Assembly: GCF_006345805.1 (NCBI RefSeq)
Contig: NC_042998.1
Coordinates: forward strand, 156,178,001-156,242,000
Length of the DNA stretch: 64,000 nt
Direction of reading: 5' to 3'
From: Octopus sinensis
Taxonomy: Eukaryota
The notes under the pieces were generated by a model. It saw only the letters and a list, made by a program, of their open reading frames with translations. It had not been told where the DNA came from and did not search any database. The stretch's first letter is position 1, and each line of letters opens with the position of its first letter. The position numbers were made by a program, and so were the translations under genes. Below are positions 24,446 to 37,987 of this stretch, piece by piece.

Positions 24446-24755
24446 AGGTGCAAGAATAACTGTGTGGTTGAGAATTTTGCTTGTCAACCACATGGTTCCA
24501 CGTTCAGTCCCTCAGTATGGTAACCTGCTATAGCCCTAGGCCAACCACAGACTTGTAACTGAATTTGGCAGACGGAAGCTGCAGCGGGATTATTTTCAAA
24601 ATCGGTTTGTTCACGTCTCCATAAGTTACTGCTTTGGCATAAGAAGCCGATAGAATGAGCAACAAGCTTTAAAAATTATAAATATTGACGGCAACTCGTT
24701 CGACTAAAATCCTTCAAGGTGGTACTCTAACATGGCTGTAGTCAAATGACTGCAA
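24446..24755 (+). mobile_element. Decayed CORE-type tRNA SINE (family A)
   Basis: CTGTGTGGTT...CCACATGGTTCC..GTTCAGTCCC...GGCAGACGGAA...GGTGGTACTCTAACATGGCTG. Confidence 0.7.
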
Positions 24756-24838
24756 TATACATATACATATACTTGCATACATACATACATACATACATAC
24801 ATCATACATACATACATACATACATACATACATACATA

Positions 24839-24869
<31 letters not shown>

Positions 24870-25076
24870 CATACATATATATATATATTTCGTTTTTTGA
24901 TTTGGTTTGCAAGATTCTTTATGTGAGTTCGTGTGTTGAAGCATATTCTGTTGTGTCTGGGGAGAGTCATTCTCTTTTAGAGAAATAAGTGGAATATATA
25001 TTATATATATATATTCTTTTACTTGTTTCAGTCATGTGACTGCGGCCATACTGGAGCACTGCCTTTATATATGTAT

Positions 25077-25129
<53 letters not shown>

Positions 25130-25329
25130 TAGATATCAGAGCCGCCAGTTTCCGGCCATCTACGGTCGCTGCTGACTTGTATGTATACAATTATATGTGC
25201 GTTGACAGTAGCAACAAAGTCATCTGGCTTTTATTTCTAAAAGTGTATGCGTTTAACATCGCCGGTCATATTTAATGACGTTTATTGTTTTCCTTTTTGG
25301 TGAACTGCTAACAATCTCCCTATTTAATT

Positions 25330-25378
<49 letters not shown>

Positions 25379-25393
25379 TATATAATAATAATA

Positions 25394-25425
<32 letters not shown>

Positions 25426-25851
25426 TAATAATAATAATAATAATGGGTAAAATTAATTAATAATTTTACAAAGTATGTTAAAAGAACAATTTGTATATAT
25501 ATATATATACTAACAATTTAATGAATAAAACATATATGTACATACCTACATCTATATGTATATATACATGTATATATGAGTACAGGACACCACAAATAAA
25601 CGTAGAACACAACGAGAGACGAAAACATGAAATCAAACAAGGAAACGGACTTTTTTTAACAACGAAAAAACAGAGTACAAGACAAACAATACAAGGAATA
25701 TTCCCCTTCATCAGCACGTGTGTGTGACTGCATAGTATATGTAAAATACTTATGCTTGTGTGTACATATCTATCTATCTATCTCTCTCTATATATATCTC
25801 TATACATACATACATGTGTTCACAGACGTCTTCTCTCTTTCTCCCTCCCTG

Positions 25852-25883
<32 letters not shown>

Positions 25884-26639
25884 TTATTCATGCACTGCGC
25901 AAGTAGGGAGGGAGGGAGAGAGTGTGTTATACAGTGAAAGAGAAGGGAGGGCGAAGAAATAAAGCGAAAGAATGAAAGAGATATAAAGAGATTGAGGGAG
26001 AGTGGGATAATAGGAATCTCGTACAGAAACCGTGTGTGAGCCGTTAGCTGGGATCTCTTTTTAGCAAAAGTCAGATTATTTCAGATTATAGTTATAACGA
26101 ATGTTTTGAAAGGTATTAAATATTCAAATTGTTCTGAAAGGCTTATTTTTAAATACTTTACGAAAATAAACTTTGACGTTAACGGAGTGACGAGTTTACA
26201 TATGAAGTAGCTGTAGTTGAAACGAAATTATTTTAGCGACCGAATTTTTGGTCATTCTTAAAAATAGGGGAGATAATGTGAGGAAGCCATAATTATAGAA
26301 ATCCAGTAGATTGAGGATGGATATTCAATAACACTGTTATAGAAACAGTTAGTATGAGATGTTAAATGATCATATATATCGTTTTGTGAATGTGTTTAGA
26401 AATGTTTCACACATACGCGCGCGCGCATTCACACACACACACACATACACGCGCGCGTACCTGTGTGTATAAAATTGATGTACAATACAGCGAGGATTTT
26501 TATTTTTAGAATATTAAGTAGATGTGAATACATCTTGTAGACCCTCCACCCCACCAAAAAAAAACAACATATTTTGTGGCTTCATAATCACTCATCAGAG
26601 GATAAATATCAGCCATTCACTCTATGCCTGTGAAGGGAA

Positions 26640-26765
26640 CATATGTGGTTGTGTTGCAAGAAGTTTGTTTCCCAGCCACATGGTTCCGGGTTCAGCACCA
26701 CTGCGTAGTACCTTGCCCCTTTGGTCGACAATAGCCTTGTAAGTGGACTTGCTAGACGGAAATAT
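26640..26765 (+). mobile_element. Truncated family A SINE
   Basis: CCACATGGTTCCGGGTTCAG..CCACTGCGTAGTACCTTG...GTGGACTTGCTAGACGGAAA. Confidence 0.7.
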
Positions 26766-27399
26766 ATATAGTTCATACACAACTAGACTCAACAACAATA
26801 TCTTTAGCATGTTTTTATCTTTCATAAGGATTATTATGTATATCCAAATATGTTATGTGACATTCACTCCATTTACTCTTCTGTAACAATATAATATTTT
26901 TCTGATGTATTCTTTTTTTGCACTGAGGAGAACAGTAATATGTAATTAATTTAATTATATTATATTATATTAATTTCTAATTTTTTTTTATCATGGTATT
27001 TTCATGTTAATATTACCATTCGATTAATTATCGTATGCATGGATTAAATTCTTTTAAAACTTTTGACACCTTTTCTTCTCCATCTTTAATTGTTTGTTGA
27101 GTTTCAATAGGATATGTGTTCTATAAATGCTCGTAAACACAACTTATACTTGTAGCATTTTCATATTCGAAAAATTCTTACAACAGTAAGCTACCTTTGC
27201 AATATGAAGAATCTTTATTAGAAATCGTCATTTGGAAACCTCCCAAAGAACTCAAACTTTTCTCAATATATATGTGTGTGTGTGTGTGTGGTGTGTGTGT
27301 GTGTTGTATGTAAGTATATGTATATATATATTATATATATATATATAGATATATATTATATTATATATATATATATATATATTTATGTATATGTGTGTG

Positions 27400-27435
<36 letters not shown>

Positions 27436-27438
27436 GTC

Positions 27439-27648
27439 CATTATTTACATTTGGCGGATATTTGTCCTCATCTTGTTTGTTGTTAACACAACGTTTCGGC
27501 TGATGTACCCTCCAGCCTTCATCAGGTGTCTTGGGAAATTTTGAACCTAGGTTCTCATTCCTAAGGTATTTTCGATGTAGCAGTTGTTGTTATTATTATT
27601 GTATAATTATATTATTATTATTATTTTATTATATTATTATTATTATTA

Positions 27649-27695
<47 letters not shown>

Positions 27696-27715
27696 ATTAT
27701 CATCATCATCATTAA

Positions 27716-27779
<64 letters not shown>

Positions 27780-27859
27780 TATTATTATTATTCAGGTCAC
27801 TGCCTAGAATCGAACTCAGATCTTGGGGTTAGTAGCCCGCGCTCTTAACCACAACGCCA
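27439..27859 (-). mobile_element. tRNA-head + (AAT)n + hammerhead module, solo copy 2
   Basis: Same head (27859-27792), longer microsatellite and same HHR as 7281-7583; no PLE ORF adjacent. Confidence 0.82.
27485..27530 (-). ncRNA. Type I hammerhead ribozyme, canonical core
   Basis: ACAC-CTGATGA-A-GGCTG GAGGGTACAT CAGCC-GAAA-CG-TT-GTGT; differs from copy 1 only in loop II. Confidence 0.85.
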
Positions 27860-27933
27860 TATTTGTCAATAGAGGGTATATTATCCGAAGTATACTGTAC
27901 ATACATATATTATCCGATGTGTACAGTATACTT

Positions 27934-28008
<75 letters not shown>

Positions 28009-28058
28009 ATGTATGTATGTATGTATGTATGTATTTATGTATGTTTGTATGTTTGTAT

Positions 28059-28658
28059 ACGAGAGAAAAAATGGCAAACAGGACAAGTAAACACGGAGAA
28101 CGACTCTCTATCAGTTGTCGGCTGTCTTTCTCTTCCTCATTTCGACCGTTCAATGACAATAGGAATCTTCAAAGACAGTTGCCCCCATAAATTCTAAAAT
28201 AAAATCTAGGATTTATGGAGGCTCAAAGCTGGGAATAAAAACAGGGCAGTGGAGATATACAATGAAACCGAACGAAAACAAAAAAAAACGGAGGGTCGTT
28301 GGACCAGAACGAGAGGAAGATAGTGAACGGTGGGAGAAATATTTTGTTTGAAAAGAGAAAAGATAGATGAGAGAGAAAGTAAACATCCAGTCCTTTGAAC
28401 GTCCGTACAAGAAAAGAAAGATGGTCATGTGAGAAAAAGAAAGATGGACGATGGTCACGTGTGAGCAACGAGAGAGAGAAAAGAGAAAAGGAGAGAGAGT
28501 GAGAGAGAGGTACAAAACAGTGAAAGAGGGAGGGGGAGAAAATGGAATTAGGAGGAAGAAAACAGCACAGAGAAGAGTCGCATCAAAAAGGTTAAAATTA
28601 ACTTACTTGGAATCGGATGCGTAGCGTTCATTTAAGAAGTATAATATAAATATATATA

Positions 28659-28693
<35 letters not shown>

Positions 28694-28828
28694 CGTGTGT
28701 GTGTGGTGCATATATGGGTACAGGACGTCACCAGCTGTGTATTCTGTGTAGAATACGAAAATAAACGAGTTAAATACGCAAACGAGAGAAAAAATGGAAA
28801 ACAGGACAAGTAGACACAGAGAACGACA
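28059..28828. mobile_element. Terminally redundant ~723 bp non-coding unit between microsatellites
   Basis: ACGAGAGAAAAAATGG.AAACAGGACAAGTA.ACAC.GAGAACGAC at 28059 and 28782. A related fragment lies at 25580-25715. Confidence 0.6.
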
Positions 28829-28859
28829 TATGTAGATATATATATATATATATATATAG

Positions 28860-28891
<32 letters not shown>

Positions 28892-28902
28892 TATATATAT
28901 AA

Positions 28903-28945
<43 letters not shown>

Positions 28946-29098
28946 AGAGGGATGACCACTAAGTGGGCATCCATTTTGCTAGAGGTCTCCCCCTTATGAT
29001 CTTACCACTAAGATAGGAATGTTCTCAAGAAAATTTAGCAAACGCCAGAACGTTAGCGAGCAAGACAATGTATGTAATATATTATTACCCTTAGTTTT

Positions 29099-29145
<47 letters not shown>

Positions 29146-29930
29146 TATATATAATCAGCCGAAATTGCGAGGATAATCTGGTGCTTGACTGAGGAAAGAA
29201 AACTTCGAATGACATGTCCTTGTTTTCTTTGTATCGTCTGTCTGGATGTTTTGTTGTCCCATTTTTTATTATATATATTACGCCAATAACAGTAAGCATG
29301 CATTGGTTCAGTATCACTTCTTTATTGTTAAAGCCTTTGTGCTTGTTTGTACCTCGGCACCACAGGACAACTGGTGCTGGTTTGTTTACTTTCCAGTAAC
29401 TTACGAGATCGGAAGTAAATTAACATAATTGAGATAGAACGAAATATCAAAAGACTTGATTGCTCAACGCAATGACTCTGCAAACCGCGTCGATACACAC
29501 ACTACCATTTGTACCTCTCCTCCCTACAAAACTCTATCACACACACACATCTTGAAATGCAGTGCATACAGTCATAAAACAAGTGCCTTCATATCTTTGT
29601 TCGACTAAAACCTCCGAGGCGATGCCCCAGCCTGACCACAGTCCAAGGACTGAAACAAAAGATCATTGATAAAAAGAGAATGTGTGTGTGCGTGTTTATG
29701 TGTATGTGTGCGCGCACTTGAGCATGCGGAACCTGTGTAGTGTCCCATTGATCTATTTTGTATGTATGTATGTATGTATGTATGTATGTATGTATGTATT
29801 GTTGTATGTATGTATGTATGTATGTATGTATGTATTATGTATGTATTATGTATGTATTATGTATGTATGTGTGTATGTGTATGTATGTATGTATGAATGT
29901 ATGTATGTATTACGTATGTATGTGTGTATG

Positions 29931-29962
<32 letters not shown>

Positions 29963-30084
29963 TGTATGTATGTATGTATGTATGTATTCACTTTTTCCGT
30001 TCATGCACTATTTTTGTATCAGTTTAGATAGTTTTTATACAGTATAAATAGCTGTAGACTTTAATCTCTCAGATGAGTATTCTT

Positions 30085-30123
30085 TCTCTGATGAGGTCCA
30101 AACAAGATTAGAAACTTGTCAGT
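30085..30123 (+). ncRNA. Possible decayed hammerhead
   Basis: CT-CTGATGA-GGTC CAAACAA GATT-A-GAAA-CTTG-TC-AG; the stems are weak. Confidence 0.4.
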
Positions 30124-30279
30124 TCGCTTCCAGTTTTCTACCCATTCAGGGATTCAAAATTCATGTACTGAAACCATTTTATTTCCTTTGCACAGTTAAA
30201 ATATGAAGGCACTTGTTTTATGACTGTATGCATTACATTTAAAGTTGTGTGTGTGTGAGGAGAGAGAGAGTTGTAGGGA

Positions 30280-30379
30280 NNNNNNNNNNNNNNNNNNNNN
30301 NNNNNNNNNNNNNNNNNNNNNNNNNNNNNNNNNNNNNNNNNNNNNNNNNNNNNNNNNNNNNNNNNNNNNNNNNNNNNNN
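30280..30379. other. Assembly gap (100 N)
   Basis: Run of N. Confidence 1.
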
Positions 30380-30776
30380 ATGTGAAGCTGTCATATGTGA
30401 AACAAAATGGTTGTTGTAAAATATGTTTTCACTGTCTTCACATTCATTCTTCCACTGGTTTTATAAGTATCTTTAAATCATGTCAACGAAGTGATGTTCA
30501 ATTATTCCAGCCAAGTATGTTTTAATAGATTTTGCTGATCTGTTGATAAAGTAAGTTTTTTTTGTCACAACAAAAACTATTAACACTTAATCATAAAAAG
30601 AATCTGTAACAGAGAGAATAACTGAAACATTGTTTGAAGCGTGGTTAATAACAGGAAAATACTGAAGTGGAACAGTCAGTTACTAAATTGAATGTTAGGA
30701 TTCCACTTCAATTTAAAAAATTAAGCACAATAACCTTTTTCTTTATTTTCTGTCTTCCGAGTGTTTCTTAATATAT

Positions 30777-30927
30777 AGGCGCAGACGTTACTGCGTGATA
30801 AGAAGCATGCTTCCCAATGACATGGATCCGGGTTCAGTACCACTACGTGGCACCTTGGGGGAGTATCTTTTGCTATAGACTCGGGCCGACCAAAACCTTG
30901 TGAGTGGATTTAACAAGCCTGTCGTGT

Positions 30928-30961
<34 letters not shown>

Positions 30962-31230
30962 ATGTATGTATGTATGTATGTATGTATGTATGTATGTATG
31001 TATGTATGTATGTATGTATGTATGTATGCATATGTATATATGTGTGTGTGTGTCTTTGTCCCCACCACCGCTTAACTACTGGTGTTGGTGTGAAATTTAG
31101 TGGTGAGGTAAAAGATCTATAAAATGAGTACCAGGCTTTAAAAAAATGTACTGGGGTCGATTCATTTGACTAAAATTTCTACAAGGCGGTGCCCCAATAT
31201 GGCTGCAGTTTAACGACTGAAACAAATAAA
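30777..31230 (+). mobile_element. Family A CORE-type SINE with internal (TA)n/(TATG)n
   Basis: GGCGCAG...GGGTTCAGTACCACTACGTGGCACCTTGGG head; GGCGGTGCCCCAATATGGCTGCAG...CTGAAACAA tail. Confidence 0.85.
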
Positions 31231-31268
31231 ATATATCATCTTCTTAATTTTTTTTCTGCGCGTTTTAT

Positions 31269-31722
31269 GGCGGCGAGTTGTCAGAATCATTACTGCGCCG
31301 AGCAAAATGCTTAGCGGCATTTTGTCCGTCTTTACGTTCTGCGTTCAAATTCCGCCGAAGTCGACTTTGACTTTTATCCTTTCGGAGTCCATAAAATAAG
31401 TATCAGTTGAACATTGTAATCGACTTACTCCCCTCCTCGAAAATTCTGGTCACGTACCAAAATTTGAAACTATTATTTTGTCACTTTTCATTTTTAATAT
31501 GTCTTTAGCTGTAAGGCGGTGAGGTGACAGAATCGTTACCGCGCCGAGGAAAATGCTTAGTAGCATTTCGTCCGTCTTCACAGTTTAAGTTCGAATTCCA
31601 CAGAGGCCAACTTTGCCTTTTATCCTTTTGAGGTCGATAAAATCAGTACCTGTTGAGTACTGGGGTCGATTTAATCGGCTTACCCACCAAAACTGTTGGC
31701 TTTGTACCTAAATTTGAAACCA
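31269..31722 (+). mobile_element. Two tandem family B SINEs (31269-31470, 31515-31722)
   Basis: GGCGGCGAG...CAGAATC.TTAC.GCGCCGAG..AAATGCTTAG...GTTC.AATTCC in both. Confidence 0.85.
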
Positions 31723-32280
31723 ATATCTTTTCAAATTTTTCCCTTTCTCTTTCTCCCGAAGCTCAATTTCGTGCCTTACGCTGTCTTCTTTCTCACTCTC
31801 ATTCTTTGTATTACTAGCCTCTTCTGAATATTTCGTTTATCCTTGAAACTCATATTTCTTTCTTTTAACTCGAATTTCCTCCATTCTTCTATTTCAACTG
31901 CCAATATGTTTGTGTATCACTTATGAAATAAGAAAATAAGTCTGCCTTTTACAGCTTATAGAGTAAAATAGCTAGATGTGAAACTTACTCTACCAGTGTA
32001 ACTAGATCCAGAGAAGAACATTATCTTGGTTTCAGCAGCAAAGTCTAAACTTGTCGATTCTACTGACATCTTCATATAGTTTACATACAACGTACATATA
32101 GTTGCATAGAAGTGTTTATAGGCTAAGCAAGGATCCTCAGATCAGGAGATTTACGTTATCGTATTACTCAACTTTAACAAGTCGAAATTTGTTACATTTC
32201 TTCATATACATACATACATACATACATACATACATACATACATACCTACATACATACATACATACATACATACACATACA

Positions 32281-32314
<34 letters not shown>

Positions 32315-32402
32315 CATAATACATACATAGATACATGCATACAAACATGCATACATACATATGTCTGGATGTTTTGCGTTCTTGTCCCATTTTTTGTATT
32401 CT

Positions 32403-32436
<34 letters not shown>

Positions 32437-32475
32437 TTCCTTTGTCCTCCCGTCTCGGGACTTTCTTTCTCCTAT

Positions 32476-32510
32476 GTTTCCGACGAAGAGCTCCGCTCGA
32501 AACGTCAAAC
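32476..32510 (+). ncRNA. Type I hammerhead ribozyme (U4C variant) in a ~170 bp unit between (TA)n tracts
   Basis: GTTT-CCGACGA-A-GAGC TCC GCTC-GAAA-CG-TC-AAAC. Confidence 0.78.
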
Positions 32511-32622
32511 CCTCCTTCTTCCCTTCTTTCCTGAGCGTCCAATAATACTTTATTTGTTCCACATCCTTGCGTTGTTGTGTTTTTGTTTTCTTGTTTGGAT
32601 TAACTTTATATATATATATATA

Positions 32623-33883
32623 CGAGGGGCGTTCAATAAGTAATGCCTCTGACCCACTTGCAGTTGTTTGATCTAGCTGAAATTTTGCATGTGCAATTAC
32701 CTATATCTCTATAGATTAAGTGGCAAATTACAGCTCTGAACTAATTGTGGTTTCTGATTTACATGTGTTTGAACTGAGTCAAGTGTGAAACGGAGCCTGT
32801 TGAGTGTCGAGCAGTGATCCGGTTTTTGTATTTGAAAGGACGCACACCACGGAGACTTTTGATGAAATAAAAGTAACTTATGGTGATGATGCCCCATCAT
32901 ATGACCTTGTAAAACGCTGGCATCGTGAATTCAAACATGGTCGGAACTTTGTGGAAACAGCTCCCAGATCTGGTCGCCCCCTTCTGCCATTGATGAGGCA
33001 TCTGTCCGTCAAGTTGAGGCTGCCATTTTGGAAGATCGACGCATAACTATTCGCCAAATAGCCCATGAGGTCAAGATTAGTACCGGGTCTGTGGAACTAT
33101 CATTCATGACCATTTGCATATGCAAAAGGTGTCTGCCAGATGGATTCCCAGGCTGCTCACACCTTTCCAGAAGCAAGAACGCGTCGATAGCGCGAGGATG
33201 AATTTGAATGTGCCAAGAAGATGAGTCAAAATTTTTCAAAGACTGATTACACAGGATGAAACCTGGGTCCATCACTATGATCCAGAGACCAAAGCCCAGT
33301 CAATGCAGTGGAAGCACCGTGACTCACCTCCTCCAAAGAAGGCAAGGGTGCAGCCCTCCGCTGGCAAGGTCATGCTCACAGTCTTCTGGGACCAGGACGG
33401 AGTAGTGATGACAGATTTCTTGGAAAAGGGTGCCACAATTACAGGAGTCTATTATGCTTCACTTTTGAGGAAATTAAGAGAAGCTATCAAAATCAAGATC
33501 AGCAAAGGCATCCTCCTCCTGCAGGACAACGCTCCGATCCACAACTCGCGTGTCGCCAGATCAGAAGCACAGGCGTGCGGCTATGAACTCATCCCCCATC
33601 TCCTGACCTGCACCCTCTGATTTTCACCTCTTCCTAGCCATGAAGTTGTTTTTGAAAGGAAAGCGTTTCCCGATGATGCAGCCTTGATTTCTGAAGTCAC
33701 GTCGTGGTTGGGGACCAAGCTGGGGTCTTCTACAAAAACGGTCTTCAGAGCTGCATCAAACGATGGAGAAATGCGTAACTCTGGGTGGTTCCTATGTAGA
33801 AAAAGACTAATAACTGTGCCAAGTTTCGTTGCTCTACTGCTATGGGAAGTGGGTCAGGGGCATTACTTATTGAACGTCCCTCG
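32623..33883 (+). mobile_element. mariner transposon (irritans-like), full length, pseudogenised
   Basis: TIRs CGAGGGGCGTTCAATAAGTAATGCC.CTGACCCACTT. WIPRLL, TQDETWVHHYDPETK, SAGKVMLTVFWD and LLQDNAPIH. Confidence 0.95.
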
Positions 33884-33909
33884 TGTATATATATACAGAG
33901 AGAGAGAGA

Positions 33910-33959
<50 letters not shown>

Positions 33960-34104
33960 ATATGAGGGGTTTAGTTCACTTGTGATTTAAACGAATAGGT
34001 ACGCTGGTTAAGGGCTTTAGTTTCTCAACCGTTAGGTTCCAAGATCACAGCTAAGGCTGGATCTAAGGATCCGCGTTAGGGTTCCGTTATAGCATGTATA
34101 TATA

Positions 34105-34443
34105 TAGACAGGGAAGATTTACAATTTACAAGGAATAAAATTTACTGTTCATAAAGAATAAAATAGAAAAATGAAGGAATAAAATAGAAGAATAAAGTAG
34201 TTAGAAGAATATAAGTGGGAAAATAATGTTCATAGCTCATCTTTTTCCAGAGGACGTTGGTTGGTACTTCTATGGAGATACAAGTTTTTAGTTATTCTCC
34301 TACCTATATTATTCTAACTACTTTTACTCCTTTATTCTTCTATTTTACTCCTTTATTCTTCTATTTTACTCCTTTATTCTTCTAAATCATTCCTTATAAA
34401 CCGTGAATTTTATTCCTTGTAAACTGTAACTCTTCCTCGTCTA
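34105..34443. mobile_element. Fold-back MITE with ~120 bp imperfect TIRs and subterminal tandem repeats
   Basis: TAGACAGGGAAGATTTAC..TTTACAAGGAATAAAATT versus the reverse complement at 34405-34443; TTTACTCCTTTATTCTTCTA repeated three times. Confidence 0.7.
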
Positions 34444-35013
34444 AAATATCCATACCTTATCTCTAACCAGCCACTTGGGTTATCCCAGAAACGGCTGTAT
34501 GACTTCAAATTCACCTTACCTTAACTAAATTATTCTAAGTGGCTTGAGATACTGGTTCTGCCTTGGTTTTGGTTTTTCCTCTAATATAATATAATATAAT
34601 ATAATATAATATAATATAATATAATATAATATAATATAATATAATAAATGCGAAAACTAATTTCTGTATGCCAGTGTGTCACGCTTAGACTTCCTCTCTG
34701 ACAATTCAATGACACTCCTACTATTCCTCATGATGAAGTGAGAGTAATAGTTGGCATAGAGACGGTGAGGGCAGTGGCGAGGACAGGCAGAGAGAGAGAG
34801 AAACAAAGAAATTTAAGGAGAGTTGATGATGTTTTATTAAAAGAAGTCGTGTTGACTGTGGCAATGGGAGTAATAATAAAAGAGAGACAAAGAGTGGGTA
34901 TGTTAGAGAAAGAGGAAATGTGATGTACATTGTTTAACCATATCTCTTTGACAGAAATTCCTGTCGCGAACACACTGAACACTATCATTTTTGTTTTATT
35001 TTTTCGCTTTCTT

Positions 35014-35088
<75 letters not shown>

Positions 35089-35090
<2 letters not shown>

Positions 35091-35727
35091 GGGTGTTCAA
35101 AAAGTCTCTCCGCAGTGAATTTTTTTCATCCTGCGCATACGCAAATTGGCTATTACTGCATGGGCGCCGGATGTCAGCCATCGTCCCTCAGTCATTGTGT
35201 AGCCTTCAGCGTGTCGACATGCTAACCATTGAAGAACGTACGTTTTTAGTTGAATGGGTGTTTCCAGCTGGAAACATACACAGAGACTGTGAAACAGAAG
35301 TTCAGTGAAATTTTTCCAAATACTGTTGTTCAACATCAGGACACTGTGTGGGATTTGGTAAGAAAATTAAGGAATACAGACTCAGTGGAAGATGCAGCAT
35401 GAAGCAGTAGGCCTACTGTTCTTTCAGACGAAACACTCTCCAATATTTCTGATAAACTGTTTGCAAGCCCGTCAAAGTGTCACAGGAAACAGAAATCAGC
35501 ATAGGAAGTGTTCATACGGCAGTAAAAAAGAAATTAAATTTCTTTCCATACAAAGTGCTGGCCATTCAAGAACTGAAGACTACGGATTATGCCAAAAGGT
35601 TTCATTATTGTCATTGGTTCCAAAACTTTGTTGCCGGAAAAGGCATAGAAATGTTGGATGGGTGTTTTTACATCGGTGAGGCTAGGTTTCATCTGTCGGG
35701 ATACATAAATTCGCAAAACACAAAACA
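35089..35727 (+). mobile_element. 5' fragment of a rosa/DUF4817-type Tc1-mariner transposon
   Basis: CAGGGTGTTCAAAAAG start; MLTIEERTFLVE, KKLNFFPYKV..IQEL...DYAKR, EARFHLSGYINSQNT; truncated. Confidence 0.78.
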
Positions 35728-36595
35728 TCTAATATAATAAATGTGTATGTCAGTGTGTCACACTTTTTTAACTTTAAAAAATCCTTTCTGCTGGAAGCAC
35801 AAAGCCTCGAATTTTGGGGAAATGGATTAAGTCGATTACATTGACTCCAGTACGTAACTGGTACTAATTTTATAGACCCCGAAAAGATGAAAGGCAAAGT
35901 CGACCTCAGCGGAACTCAAACTCAAAACCTAACTGCAGACAAAATACCGCTAAGCATTTCGCCCGGCGTGCTAACGATTCTGCCAGTTCGCCGCCTTAAT
36001 GTAATATAATATAATATAATATAATATAATATAATAAATGTGAATGTCAGTGTGTCACACTTTTTCAACTTTAATCCCAGAGGCTGTAGCCCAACATATC
36101 ATAGCGTTTTGGAATCAGGCTGACTCTGTGAGTAAATTAAAAACATTCCGGGCCGGATCCAGACCCACAATCCTGAAATTTTGGATTCCCAAGTTTTCAT
36201 TACTGTGATTGTTTTCGGCGATTTTTTTACGTGACATTTTGGGACAAATTTTCTTGTACAATAACAATTTTTATAATCTAAAGGCTAACTTCCTGAGTAA
36301 ATCAAATACATTCCATGCTAAATCCGGACCTGCAATCCTGTAATTTTGGATTCCTATGTTTTCATTGCTGCGATTGTTTTTGGCGATTTTCTTTTACGTG
36401 ATTCTTTTGTGACGAATATGATCATCATTGGGATATGACTCTGGAGGAATCAATCTTTCTATTCAGGATCAGTTGTACAGATCTACCACAACAGATCATT
36501 TGGTATAAGACTGCATACTTATCAACAGAAAATCATGCACAACTATGTTGTCAGAAAACTCTAGAACGATAGTAACACGGATAGCTAAACTAATC
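35728..36595 (+). mobile_element. Probable non-autonomous Helitron-like repeat interrupted by a family B SINE
   Basis: A|TCTAATATAATAAATG...GTCAGTGTGTCAC start, repeated near 36020 and 34580. The 3' end is uncertain. Confidence 0.45.
35780..35997 (-). mobile_element. Family B SINE, near full length
   Basis: Reverse complement GGCGGCGAACTGGCAGAATCGTTAGCACGCCGGGCGAAATGCTTAGCGG... Confidence 0.88.
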
Positions 36596-36811
36596 TAATC
36601 TTGGACCGACATTATGTACAATACATTAGACATCAGTTTGAAGTGCTTGCCTTTTTTGTTATCTGCGAACCGAACGTTCCAAGAAAATAGTTAATGCACA
36701 AAAATAACTTCTTTGTTCGACACCAGCCACTTCCTTATAGGAAAATTTCAAATAATTAAAATTGAAACATACATGCATATATACAGACGTACGTTTATAC
36801 ATACATACATA

Positions 36812-36875
<64 letters not shown>

Positions 36876-37034
36876 TACATACATACATACATACATACAT
36901 ACATACACACTTATATATATATATATATAAAATAAACATAATAAATAAGGTAATAAATTATTATTACCAGTGGTTTTTGAGATTTCTACTGGTCTTTCTA
37001 GCACAAAGCTTTCCTATTTGGAAGCCTCTTATTG

Positions 37035-37107
<73 letters not shown>

Positions 37108-37987
37108 GATAAATGTTCACGCAAAAGTCGTAGCAGAGCCATCTCGTAAGCTCGATAAAGAATACTCTGAAAAGGTAAAAAGTGTGAAAAAAAAAGCGTG
37201 TTGATGGTCCGAATATTGCGAGGTAAAACCTTTGTGATTGTAAAGAACAAGTTCCAATGACAACTAATATTACAACATGCTTCCCTGGCTCCACAAAATG
37301 CCAACATCAGAGGGTGTAGACTTCTGTGGCTCGATCACGCACACACACGTAACACTGAATAGGGTCTATCAATGGAGAGAAGTTGATCAAGCTAGTTGCA
37401 CCTACAGCGGTGTCGTCTCCTTGAATACACTGGGCACTTTTTCGCGACCCGGTAATGGATATAACCGTTGTTTGTTAAAGAGCTGCAAATCGACATCTTT
37501 ATTAACAAGCAACACCTCTACAAAGATGCAACCTAAAATATCAGCCAATCATACTTGACCATACATGAAACCTAAAACAAATTAGATAAATAAGATTATT
37601 GAGTACTAGAAATTATATTATTTTGAGTTACTAGATTTTCAGATTAAATATCATATCGTTTCGACCTATCAAACTCTTAATTCAGATTGGCCTTCTAGAC
37701 AAGCTGATGTACACAAGTCAGCCGATCATTGTCACTGGAGCTTACATCAAACCCGTTCTCCATTTCACGTTTTTCTATCTCCTCGCTCACTGCTGTTTGG
37801 TGGCTGTTGATCACATGCTGAGTTCATCTGTTTTTTTTTTTGGCGGGGAGGGGTCATCTTTCACAGGTTCGCTGGATTTCTAATAATCTTCCTTATCGGG
37901 CTAACCTGATGAGGATAGTAGTTTAGCCGCTGACGATCTTATCATTTAACATACATTCATCCTGATTCTTTTAACATAACATACATT

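Noticed and set aside
26918-27160. CTGAGGAG...CTCGTAAAC...GTAGCA possible HHR
   Set aside because: Broken GAAA and a ~200 nt AT-rich loop; cannot be told from chance.
37900-37945. CTGATGAG / CTGACGA hammerhead-like cores
   Set aside because: No GAAA or stem III downstream.
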